Shown piece by piece: positions 11,190 to 22,811 of a DNA stretch of 64,000 bases. The stretch comes from Asterias amurensis (taxonomy: Eukaryota): NCBI RefSeq assembly GCF_032118995.1, contig NC_092655.1:14461223-14525222 (forward strand). Reading direction: 5' to 3'. The notes beneath the pieces were generated by a model. It was not told where the DNA came from and ran no database searches. It saw only the letters and a program-made list of their open reading frames with translations. The position numbers and the translations under genes are program-made. How positions within the stretch are numbered: position 1 is the first letter of the stretch; each line of letters starts with the position of its first letter.

Positions 11190-11470
11190 GTCTCTGATTG
11201 GTCAAAACCCAGTCACGTGTGAGAGTGTTAACGGTGGTATAAATACCGGCTTTGGAAAATAGCGAACAAGTGGCCACTTAACCAGCATACATTGTGTAAA
11301 CCTTGCGCGTTGCACTGTATCGCACGCTTATTTATATCCCTGTTAGTTTTATTGCAACTTCGCGCACTTACGCGTACGCGCGCTGAAAATGTATCAATTT
11401 TGAGTGCGCGCGTGTAACATGTGCGCGCGTATAAACTGACGCCGAGCTCATGCGCGCGTTTTAATGCACA
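11190..11470 (+). promoter_or_regulatory. Promoter-like module with an inverted CCAAT ('gattggtca'), an E-box CACGTG and 'ggTATAAATAcc', followed by a CpG island rich in GCGCGC and ACGCGT
   Basis: 'tgattggtcaaaacccagtcacgtgtgagagtgttaacggtggtataaataccgg' lies at about 11195-11255. Downstream are 'cgcgcacttacgcgtacgcgcgctg' and 'gagtgcgcgcgtgtaacatgtgcgcgcgtat'. Copies lie at about 33640-33915 and 58935-59215. No coding exon could be tied to it. Confidence 0.35.
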
Positions 11471-13028
11471 AGGAACAGCTATCGTCCAATCATTTGCCTC
11501 CTTTGACCCCAGTGAAGGCGCTGAACAGATCGTTAATTAAAAGAGTCACTGGTCTCAAAGATCAGTAATGTGATTAACGCACGAAAGAGATTGGAACCAT
11601 CAAAAGCTCAAAATATGACCCATTCGGCTCGGTCCGTTAACAGCGCCAGCCACCAACCCGGTCATTACCACGCAGTGAAGACCGGGTACGAACACTGTTA
11701 TTCCCTAAATAAACCACAAGGGAAGTTGACTGGGTACCTTTTTAAAATGACTGTGGGATGAACACAGACAAATTGACTAGAGCGGGATTTCAACCAACGA
11801 CCTCCGGTTTAACGATTATTTTACAATCATTTAAAAGTTTATAAAACGTAAAGGGTTTACAAAGAAAAATTTACAAGTTAACAATTAAATATAGTTTAGG
11901 CAACATTTAATGCTGGAAATATACAAAGTTTACAAAATATATATCGTTTTAAAATAATATATATATATATAAATTATTGGCGAAAGTAACTTTATCTCTC
12001 TCTCTCTGCGTCCACGTCCTTGCATAGCAACAGTTAAACAACAAGGCTGTAAGATCACGTCTTTCCCAAACGGAACAGTGTCCTGACCATAGAGCTATGC
12101 CTTTCTGCAGAGGGGCTCGCAACAACACAACTCCACACTGACGCTGTGTTATTGTGCCAAATCAAACACATTATCATTAAAAAGATGAATTGTATTCCCA
12201 TATGCAAAAATAATTGTTCTTAAGCACCTCGTACCGGCTCATGCTGTGCTCCGGCTGTGCTCTGATTTTTGTTGTCTTATTTAGAAATGTCACCCTTTTT
12301 CCCTACATGCAATGACTGAGTCTGGTTACCTGGTATGGAGTCCTTCTCATCTTCACATGCCCTGTAACCACTAGAATCCTGTTGATGGTAAAGCGGTACT
12401 CTATTACTTGGACACACCTTTAAATCATGGAACTCTACTGAGTTGTATTACCGCACAGAGGGATCACGTCCACCAAGAAAGGTATATTATCACCCCTACT
12501 ATCAGTAATGTAACTCTACTAACCAAACTTGCAAGTCCTATACCCAGTTACTGCATGCGCAGCGTTGCACACTAACCTAAATCTACCAAGCTCATATCCG
12601 AGCACGCTTGCGTGTGACATCTTAATCTCCAACTTCACACCATTCGTCATTGTCTACACGTCGTGTAACAACCACGCACCCCATTTACTACACGTTCATT
12701 CTTAAACTAAAATGGAATAACTCCATTCGAAGTGCACTTTTCTCATTTTTTATTTTGTTTTGTCTCATATTTTTTCGAAGACGGTGTCATGCCATTCCAG
12801 TACCGACCAAGAAGACATCATTGGGAGCTATGTACGCTGTGAGGAAAACGACAGGACCAGGTAAGTTTATTTTCAGTCTGATTAATAGCTTGGAAAGTAA
12901 TGAGGGAGCGTAATTTGTTAAGGTTTATCCTAAAATAAACATTTTGTTCAGATTTAAAGGGGGCTCCATGCTCTAATTTAGCTTTGTAATTCACAAATTT
13001 TCCATTTGCTGGAGTCAAGATGAAAATT

Positions 13029-13040
13029 GGGGGGGGGGGG
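13029..13040. repeat. G12 homopolymer run inside the M intron. Other G runs lie at 18625-18632, 19784-19796, 35470-35484 and 42288-42298.
   Basis: 'attggggggggggggactcgattatgtaagatgc', read directly. Confidence 0.9.
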
Positions 13041-13406
13041 ACTCGATTATGTAAGATGCTATTGTGTTTGATACCGTTCAATTGCAATTCAAATATAAAG
13101 GGCCATACATTTTTTGACAGAAATTCTTCAGTTTCATTTCCAAATTGTAATCAAAAGGACATCAAGTCTGGGTTAATGTACCGACCAATGGGGAGAGGGT
13201 GATGGTATGAAACGTTGCGAGAACCAACTCCCTCTGAATTAACATAGTTTTCGATTAAGAAGTAATTTCCATGAATTTGGAAATTCTTGATATGTGCGTA
13301 TTATATTGTTCCTTTACTAATTTATGCGGGTTTACTGTATTAATGTTTATTATAATGGTATTCGCTTTTGTACAGTTTATGGAGTGGGCGCAATGTAAAT
13401 GAACAA

Positions 13407-13850
<444 letters not shown>

Positions 13851-14436
13851 ACTCAAGGACCCAATTTTGGGATGCTCTTTGAAATAATGGACCAATTTAA
13901 GGTGAAGGTTTTACAAATTGATATTTTGACTTGATTGACATATTTTCAGGAGTCTGCAGTTCTGCTGGGAATGTGGTGTACTACCTGTCGATGACTGAAG
14001 CTCACAAAACATAGGTACATAGCTAGAGAATTATCTCTTTAATCTCGTCTTCAGGGGAATGCTGGAATGCAGGCGGCGCCGGTGGTGGAGCTTAAGTTGC
14101 GCTGGATGGATGAGCATTTGGGAGGGAAGGATCAGAGCTGTTCTTGGCCGGTGATGCATGAGAGTTAATTGCTGGCTGGATGTGAATTGCATTGGAGTGT
14201 GACATTCTTTAGGTGAGCTGCTGCTGGGAGGGTTGGCTCGAGGATGGGTGACCAGATGTCCATAATGAAGAAACCTATGTCTCGTGGAACTTTATGATGT
14301 GCTTGTTTCTCGATTGCCTCCCTGACTCTGCATTGGTGTCAGGACTGTACAGGAGCTTCGAGTTCGGCTTGATTCCAATTGATGATGTGGTCGTGTTCTT
14401 GTGAATGTTTGATGATGGCTGATTTGTCGAGGTGTC

Positions 14437-15213
14437 TCAGTCTGCCATGTGCTTTGTGTCCTTGCTTCTTGTCGAGATGCTGCGCCAGGTTTCCGCGAAG
14501 TACACTTTACCGCAATCACAGGGAATGCGGTAAACGCCTGCTTTGTCTTGAGTGTCTCGCTTGTCCTTGTGTGTGTGGAGTGATGCTTGAATCTTGTTTG
14601 GTGCTGTGTGGAAGATCTTGACTTGAGCTTGACTGCAGATACTTTGAAACTTGTGAGAAGTGTGGCCGATATATGGGAGGGTGATTGCAGCCTTGAACTC
14701 TGGTTGTTCTTCTGTTGTGAGACTTGGCTTGGGCTGGCTAAGATTGAATGTCTTGTAGTCGTTAAGTTGAAGTGAAGTCTTGATGTGGTGTAGTTCCTGC
14801 TTCAAGCTGCCTTTGTCACAGGTGTTGAAGGCCCAGCAAACCAAGGTGTTGCAGACAGCAGACTTGAAGCGAGGATGATGGAATGATGAGTTGTGAAGGT
14901 ATCTATCGGGGTGTTTTGGCTTGCGATGTACCGTTTGGGCTATAGTGCCATCAGCTTGTCTTGTTACTTGGACGTCTAGGACGGAGATAGTGTTGTTTTG
15001 TTCTTGTTCCATGGTGAATTGGATGTGTGGATGTTGACTGTTCGGGTGATGGAAGAACTCTTGGAGTGCTGTCTTGTCGTAAGGCCTAACCACAAAGGTG
15101 TCGTTAATGTAGCGGAGCCAGAGGTTAGGGCAAAGATTGACCTTCTCGATGCTGTCAAGTTCAAACTCCCCCATGAACAAATCTGCCAGGACCGAGGATA
15201 GAGGATATCTCAT
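14437..15213 (-). pseudogene. PLE N1a RT core, thumb and start of GIY-YIG. The GIY-YIG domain is disrupted by a 1-nt deletion ('ggaacac' to 'ggacac').
   Basis: After the deletion the frame reads 'KDTKHMADWDTSTNQPSSNIH' in place of the P-lineage 'KEHKAHGTLEHLNNSAIIKYSHEH'. N2a (21034..21852) carries the same lesion. Confidence 0.75.
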
Positions 15214-15246
15214 GGCGGCCCCAGAGGTTTGTTCATAGAATTTGTC

Positions 15247-15849
15247 TCAACACCTGAAGCCGGAAGCGTAGACGCTGGTGATGAGGAGGTCGTGGACTTG
15301 TTCTGGAGTGAGGCTTGTGCGGTCTGTCAGTGTAGGTTCGGCTTGAAGGCTTTGGTTGGCGATGTTGCATGCTTCTTCGATTGGTATGTTGGTGAACAGT
15401 GACACGACATCAAAACTGACAAGGATATCAGTTGGACGGAGATGTATGTGCTTGATGATGTCGACTAACTTGCTTGTGTTGTTGATGTGATGTTCAGTGA
15501 GGCCAACTAGTCGATGGAGTTTCTTGGTGAGGTGTGTTGCAATGTTGTAAGAAGGTGAACCCTGGGAAGCCATGATGGGGCGGAGAGGACCATCTGGCTT
15601 GTGGATCTTGGGTTGGCAGAAGAAACGTGGGCAGGTGAATGCGGATGGCTTGAGGTGACGGTACGTGGTGTTGTCTATGACTTGCGCTTGATAGAGAGTA
15701 CAGAGTTTGGTGGTGAGTGTGCGTTCAATGACTGGGCTGGGGTTCCTTGGCAGGCATTGGTAGGTATTAGTTGACAGGATTTCATTTACTTGGTGGTCAT
15801 AATCCGTTGTAGACATGACCATAGTGGCATTACCCTTGTCCGCTGACAT
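15247..15849 (-). pseudogene. PLE N1a RT N-terminal segment (200 aa, open)
   Basis: 'MSADKGNATMVMSTTDYDHQVNEILS...FFCQPKIHKPDGPLRPIMASQGSPSYNIATHLTKKL...ILVSFDVVSLFTNIPIEEA'. Confidence 0.75.
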
Positions 15850-16033
15850 GATGTGGATGGACTTGTCTTTGTGCAGGGCTCAGATATCAGCATTTTCTCG
15901 CCTGCTTGTGTAGGGTCTTGGTAACTTGGCGTTTGAAGTCTTTGCAGAATTTGGATGCGGACTTGGTTGGCGACTGTCTTGTCCAGATGTTTGAGTGCAG
16001 GTTCAGGGGACTGATTGATGTCTTTGACTTGAA

Positions 16034-16069
16034 TCATGCGAGGTGTGCTGGCGCCCACACATTGCACGA
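16034..16069. other. Inversion junction between the head-to-head N1a and P2a 5' ends, centred on the palindrome GGCGCC
   Basis: N homology runs leftward from about 16034 ('IQVKDINQSPEPALKHLDKT' on the - strand). P homology runs rightward from about 16069 ('IPVKDMIQSTEPALKHLDKT' on the + strand). The spacer 'gtgtgctggcgcccacac' is nearly self-complementary. Confidence 0.7.
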
Positions 16070-18214
16070 TTCCAGTCAAAGATATGATTCAGTCTACCGA
16101 ACCTGCACTCAAACATCTAGACAAGACATTCGTCAACCATGTCCGCATCCAGATTCTTCAAACTCTTCAAACACCAAGTTACCAAGACCCAACACAAGCA
16201 AGCAAGAACATGCCGCTATCCGAGCCCTGCACATAGACAAGTCTATCCACATCATTTCAACGAACATTGGTAATGCCACCGTGTTCATGTGCACAACAGA
16301 TTCTGACCACAAGGTAACCGACATCCTGTCAACTGATACCTATTGACGCCTGCCAAGTAACTCCTGTTCAGTCATCGAACGCACCCCCACTGCTAAATTC
16401 TGCACTCTCTATCAAGCGCAGGTCATGGACAACACCATGTACCGTCACCTCAAGCCATACGCATCCGCCTAATCACGTTTTTTTGGCCAACCTTAAGGGC
16501 CACAAGCCAGATGTTCCTCTCCGTCCCATCGTGGCGTCCCGGGGTCACCCACCTACAATACTGCAAGACACCCCACCAAGACCCTTCATCCACTAGTTGG
16601 CCTCACTGAACATAACATTAACAACTCAAGCAAGTTCGTCGACATTATCAAATACATACATCTCCGTCCAACTGAGATCCTTGTCAGTTTTGACATCATG
16701 TCACTATTCACCAACATACCAACTGAAGAAGCATGCAACATCGCCGAACATTGCCTTCAAGCCTAACCTACACTTACACACCGCACAAGACTCACTCCAG
16801 AACAAGTCCACGACCTCCTTATCACCTGCTTCTCCGCTTTTAGATTCAGGTGGCGAGACAAATTCTACGAACAAACCTCTGGGGCCACCATGGGATCTCC
16901 TCTATCCCCAGTCCTGATGGATTTGTTCATGGAGGAGTTTTAACTTGACGGTATCAAGAACGCCAATCTTAGCCCCAACCTCAGGTTCCGCTACATTGAC
17001 GACACCTTTGTGGTTTTGGCCCAACAGCAAGACAGCACTCCAAAAGTTTTTCCATCAACTGAACAGTCAATATCTACGTATCCGATTCAACATGGAACAA
17101 GAACAAAACAATGCTATCTCCTTCCTAGGTGCCGAAGTAACAAGACAAGCTGATGGCACTCTAGCCCACACGATACATCACAAGCCAACGCACACCAACA
17201 GATACGTTCACAACTCATTATTCCACCATTCTCGCTTCAAGTCTGCTGTCTCCATCACCTTGGTCCGTTGGACCTTGGACACCTGTGACAAGGGCAGCTT
17301 GAAGCAGGAACTACAACACATCAAGACATCACGTCAACTTAATGGCTACAAAACTTTCAACCTCAGCGAGCCCAAGCCAAGTCTCACAACAGATGAACTA
17401 CCAGAGTTCAAGGCTGCAATCTCCCTCTCAAACATTGGCCTATCTTCTCACAAGCTTCAACGTATCTTCATTCAAGCTCAAGTCAAGACCTTCCATACAG
17501 CATCAAACAAGATTCAAGCATCACTCCACACACACAAGGACAAGCAAGACACTCGAGACAAAGCCAGCGTTTACCACATTCCCTGCGATTACTGTGAAGT
17601 ATACATCGTGGAACCAGGGCGCAATATCTCAACAAGAATCAAGGAACACAAAGCACATGGCACACTGGAACACCTCAACAATTCAGCCATCATCAAATAT
17701 TCACACGAACACGACAGCATCATCAAGTGGAATCAAGCCAAACTCATAGCTCATGTACAGTCCTGTCACCAATGCAGAGTCCGGGAGGCCATCGATATAC
17801 AAGCACGCCATACAGTTCCAGAAGACATCGGTTTCTTCATTAACGACATCTGGTCACACATCCTCAAGCCAACCCTTCCAGCAGCAGCTCACCACAAGAA
17901 TGTCACACTCCAATGCACACACATCCAGCCAGCAATCAACTCACATGCATTACCGGCCAAGAACAGCTTTGATCCATCCCGCCCAAATGCTCATCCATCC
18001 AGCACTTCTAAAGTTCGACCATCGCCTGTAGTCCAGCATTCTCCTGAAGACGAGCAGAATATACTGTTAGAAACATCAAGGCCAAACCTGCTCTTTCCAG
18101 AGCCAATACTCACCTTAAGAGGTTTACACATGGTTGTCCCCGTAAATTCTTATTTCTCCACACCATGCAAAGCTTCAAACAATACATATCCAAGATGGGA
18201 TTAAATCGCAACAA
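16051..18214 (+). mobile_element. Penelope-like retroelement of the P lineage (P2a). It is degenerate and about 97% aa identical to P1a in the 419-aa thumb and GIY-YIG ORF.
   Basis: ORFs 16036..16236 and 15906..16346 (in-frame stop at about 16343), and 16945..18204 (419 aa). The frameshift after YIDDTFVV is the same as in P1a. Confidence 0.85.
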
Positions 18215-20806
18215 ATCTAGGTAGAATAGCTAAAGAATGATTTCTTTATACTCAAAACTCTATTTCGAGATGCATTTTTCTCATTGTCTGTATTTTTTCT
18301 TTAATTTTTTTACGGCGACGGTGATCCATCTGCCTATTGGAGACCAACGGAAACTGCACCATTCCAGTTGCGGCCATGAAGACATCAATGGGAGCTGTGT
18401 ATCTTCGAGGAAAACGACAGGAAAAGGTAAGTTTATTTTAAGGTGGATTGATAGCTTGGGAAGTAATGAGGGACCGTATTGATAGCTTGGGAAGTAATGA
18501 GGGACCGTAAGTTGTTGAGATTTATCCTGAAATCAAGATTATGTCTAGATTTAAAAGGGGCTCCATGCTCAAATTTAGCTTTGTAATTCACAAATTTTCC
18601 ATTTGCTGGAGTCAAGATGAAAACTGGGGGGGGACTCGATTATGTAAGATGCTATTGTGTTTGATACCCTTCAATTGCAATTCAAATATAAAGGGCCATA
18701 CATTTTTGGACAGAAATTCTACAGTTTCATTTCCAAAATGTAATCAAAAGGACATCAAGTCTGAGCTTATGTACAGACCAATTTGTTTTTGCTGTATGAT
18801 GATGTCATGCTCTGAAAGAGCGCAATTTGTTTTCTGCACCATTTTAACTTGACATAGAGTCATGCGGTGTCCCCAAACTCCACTCACATGTTGGAAAATG
18901 AATGCATCACAAAACTCAAATTCACAAAAACTCAAAACTCAAGATCCACATCATTTACATTTTTGAGCGAAACTGTTTGCTTTTTTGGATTTTGGATTTT
19001 GAAGCAAACACTTTGGTACATGAGAAAATAAATACAGTGAAAAGTATTTGACGTGAGTGTATATATATGGTGTCCTGATTGAAATGTATTTCAGGAGTCT
19101 GCGTTTATGGTTTAAAGGCAGTGGACACTATTGTTAGTTACTCAAAATAATTATTATCGTCAAACCTTACTTGGTAACTAGGAATGGGGAGAGGGTGATG
19201 GTATAAAACATTGCGAGAACCAACTCCCTCTGAATTAACGTAGTTTTCGATAAAGAAGTAGTTTTCCCTGAATTTGGTGCTCTGATTTTTGTCCTACCAA
19301 TTTATGCATGCGCAGCGTTGCACACTAACCTAAATCTACCAAGCTCATATCCGAGCATGCTTGCGTGTGACATCTTAATCTCCAACTTCACACCATTCGT
19401 CATTGTCTACACGTCGTGTAACAACCACGCACCCCTTTTATTACACCTTCATTCTTAAACTAAAATGGAATAACTCTGATTCGAAGTGCACTTTCCTCAG
19501 TTTTTGTTTTGTTTTGTCTTATATTTTTTCGAAGACGGTGTCATGCCATTCCAGTACCGACCAAGAAGACATCATTGGGAGCTATGTACGCTGTGAGGAA
19601 ACCGACAGGACAGGTAAGTTCATTTTCAGTTTGAATGATAGCTTAGAAAGTAATGAGGGAGAGTAATTTGTTAAGGTTTATCTTAAAATAAACATTTTGT
19701 TCAGATTTAAAAGGGGCTCCACGCTCTAATTTAGCTTGGTTATTCACAAATTTTCCATTTGCTGGAGTCAAGATGAAAATTGGGGGGGGGGGGGACTCGA
19801 TTATGTAAGATGCTATCGTGTTTGATACCCTTCAATTGCAATTCAAATATAAAGGGCCATACATTTTTGGACAGAAATTCTTCAGTTTCATTTCCAAATT
19901 GTCATCAAAAGGACATCAAGTCTGAGTTAATGTACCGACCAATGGGGAGAGGGTGATGGTATAAAACGTTGCGAGAACCAACTCCCTCTGAATTAAAATA
20001 GTTTTCGATTAAGAAGTAATTTTCCATGAATTTGGAAATTCTTGGATTGTGCATATATTGTTCCTTTACTAATATGTGGGTTTACTGTATTAATGTTTTG
20101 CAATTTGTCCTGTAAGGTTCTTGTTCATTCAATTGTTTGGATTATTATAATGTTATCCGCTTTTGTACAGCTTATGGAATGGGCGCAATGGTAATGAACA
20201 AACTATTATTATTAATATTACTATTATTATTAGTTTTTGTTTCGAGACCTCAGCATTTGATTTTGAGGTTTCGAAATCAAGCATCTGAAAGCACATAAGT
20301 TTGTGTAACAAGGGTGGGTGTGCTTTCTTTCATTATTGTCTTGCAACTTCGACGATCAATTGAGCTCAAAGTTTCACAAGTTTTTACTTCATGCATATGT
20401 TGACATACGTCACCAAGAGTGAGGACTGGGCTTTGACAATTACCTATAGTGTCCAGTGTCTTTAAGCCTTTAGTCCACAAACTGTCCTGTCGGTTTCTTC
20501 GCAAAAAGTTCTTGAAAGTTGGTTTAATGGAAATAACAAGTTCATGACAATTGTTCGACTGTAAAGAAAATTTGAGAGAAAGAAAGCATAACAAATTATC
20601 ATCGAAAAACTCAAGGACCCAATTTTGGGATGCTCTTTGTAATAATGGACCAATTTAAGGTGGAGGTTTTACACTTAATATTTTGACTTGATTGACATAT
20701 TTTCAGGAGTCTGCAGTTCTGCTGGGAATGTGGTGTACTACCTGTCGATGACTGAAGCTCACAAAACATAGGTACATAGCTAGAGATTTATCTCTTTATA
20801 ATCTCG
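18215..20806 (+). repeat. Two long M modules (about 18215-19300 and about 19300-20806). Donors GTAAGTT lie at about 18427 and about 19617. Acceptors lie at about 19090 and about 20706. A G13 run lies at about 19784. A degenerate microsatellite remnant lies at about 20195-20250.
   Basis: Homology to 12505-14040 and 2918-4110. 'ctattattattaatattactattattattagtttttgtttcgag' is the eroded counterpart of the (ATT)n/(GTT)n tract. Confidence 0.6.
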
Positions 20807-22811
20807 TCTTCAGGGGAATGCTGGAATGCAGGCGGCGCCGGTGGTGGAGCTTAAGTTGCGCTGGATGGATGAGCATTTGGGAGGGAAGGATCAGAGCTGT
20901 TCTTGGCCGGTGATGCGTGAACGTTGATTGCTGGCTGGATGTGAATTGCATTGGAGTGTAACATTCTTTAGGTGAGCTGCTGCTGGGAGGGTTGGCTCGA
21001 GGATTGGTGACCAGATGTCCATAATGAAGAAACCTATGTCTCGTGGAACTTTATGATGTGCTTGTATCTCGATGGCCTCCCTGACTCTGCATTGGTGTCA
21101 GGACTGTACAGGAGCTTTGAGTTCGGCTTGATTCCAATTGATGATGTGGTCGTGTTCTTGTGAATGTTTGATGATGGCTGATTTGTCGAGGTGTCCCAGT
21201 CTGCCATGTGCTTTGTGTCCTTGATTCTTGTTGAGATGCTGCGCCAGGTTTCCGCGAAGTACACTTTACTGCAATCACAGGGAATGCGGTAAACGCCTGC
21301 TTTGTCTTGAGTGTCTCGCTTGTCCTTGTGTGTGTGGAGTGATGCTTGAATCTTGTTTGGTGCTGTGTGGAAGATCTTGACTTGAGCTTGACTGAAGATA
21401 CTTTGAAACTTGTGAGAAGTGTGGCCGATATCTGGGAGGGTGATTGCAGCCTTGAACTCTGGTTGTTCATCTGTTGTGAGACTTGGCTTGGGCCGGCTAA
21501 GATTGAATGTCTTGTAGTCGTTAAGTTGAAGTGAAGTCTTGATGTGGTGTAGTTCCTGCTTCAAGCTGCCTTTGTCACAGATGTTGAAGGCCCAGCAAAC
21601 CAAGGTGTTGCAGACAGCAGACTTGAAGCGAGGATGATGGAATGATGAGTTGTGAAGGTATCTATCGGGGTGTTTTGGCTTGCGATGTACCGTTTGGGCT
21701 ATAGTGCCATCAGCTTGTCTTGTTACTTGGACGTCTAGGACAGAGATAGTGTTGTTTTGTTCTTGTTCCATGGTGAATTGGATGTGTGGATGTTGACTGT
21801 TCAGGTGATGGAAGAACTCTTGGAGTGCTGTCTTGTCGTAAGGCCTAACCACAAAGGTGTCGTTAATGTAGCGGAGCTAGAGGTTAGGGCAAAGATTGAC
21901 CTTCTCGATGCTGTCAAGTTCAAACTCCTCCATGAACAAATCTGCCAGGACCGGGGATAGAGGATATCTCATGGCGGCCCCAGAGGTTTGTTCATAGAAT
22001 TTGTCTCACCACCTGAAGCTGGAAGCGTAGACGCTGGTGATGAGGAGGTCGTGGACTTGTTCTGGAGTGAGGCTTGTGCAGTCTGTCAGTGTAGGTTCGG
22101 CTTGAAGGCTTTGGTTGGCGATGTTGCATGCTTCTTCGATTGATATGTTGGTGAACAGTGACACGACATCAAAACTGACAAGGATATCAGTTGGACGGAG
22201 ATGTATGTGCTTGATGATGTCGACTAACTTGCTTGTGTTGTTGATGTGATGTTCAGTGAGGCCAACTAGTCGATGGAGGTTCTTGGTGAGGTGTGTTGCA
22301 ATGTTGTAAGAAGGTGAACCCTGGGAAGCCACGATGGGGCGGAGAGGACCATCTGGCTTGTTGATCTTGGGTTGGCAGAAGAAACGTGGGCAGGTGAATG
22401 CGGATGGCTTGAGGTGACGGTACGTGGTGTTGTCTATGACTTGCGCTTGATAGAGAGTACAGAGTTTGGTGGTGAGTGTGCGTTCAATGACTGGGCTGGG
22501 GTTCCTTGGCAGGCATTGGTAGCTATTAGTTGACAGGATTTCATTTACTTGGTGGTCATAATCCGTTGTAGACATGACCATAGTGGCATTACCCTTGTCC
22601 GCTGACATGATGTGGATGGACTTGTCTTTGTGCAGGGCTCAGATATCAGCATTTTCTCGCCTGCTTGTGTAGGGTCTTGGTAACTTGGCGTTTGAAGTCT
22701 TTGCAGAATTTGGATGCGGACTTGGTTGGCGACTGTCTTGTCCAGATGTTTGAGTGCAGGTTCAGTGGACTGATTGATGTCTTTGACTTGAATCATGCGA
22801 GGTGTGCTGGC
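20800..22811 (-). mobile_element. Penelope-like retroelement of the N lineage (N2a), head-to-head with P1b
   Basis: The - strand ORFs are 22545..22838, 22006..22608 and 21034..21852. The last reads through to 'GVYRIPCDCSKVYFAETWRSISTRIKDTKHMADWDTS...' and shows the shared GIY-YIG frameshift. Confidence 0.85.

Larger units (their letters stand above)
14041..16050 (-). mobile_element. Penelope-like retroelement of the N lineage (N1a). It is 3'-truncated relative to P and head-to-head with P2a.
   Basis: The - strand ORFs are 15786..16079 (5' domain), 15247..15849 (RT N-terminus 'FFCQPKIHKPDGPLRPIMASQGSPSYN') and 14437..15213 ('YPLSSVLADLFMGEF','RYINDTFVV','GVYRIPCDCGKVYFAETWRSISTRSKDTKHMAD'). 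The 3' end '...cctgaagacga' at about 14041 abuts the M boundary motif. Confidence 0.85.

Noticed and set aside
11700-11810. tRNA-like T-arm motif on the - strand ('ggtcgttggttgaaatcccgctctag')
   Set aside because: T-stem pairing is imperfect. There is no recognisable D-arm, anticodon arm or A-box at the expected spacing. The upstream sequence is AT-rich filler. At most it is a decayed SINE tail, not a tRNA gene.
14379-15201. + strand ORFs antisense to the N-lineage PLE (14379..14621, 14587..14775, 14998..15201 and their copies), and alternative-frame ORFs inside P (2045..2452, 2456..2734, 16597..16917)
   Set aside because: They have no domain signal. They lie opposite or out of frame to a clearly recognisable RT and GIY-YIG reading frame. 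They are cysteine- or serine-rich chance ORFs.
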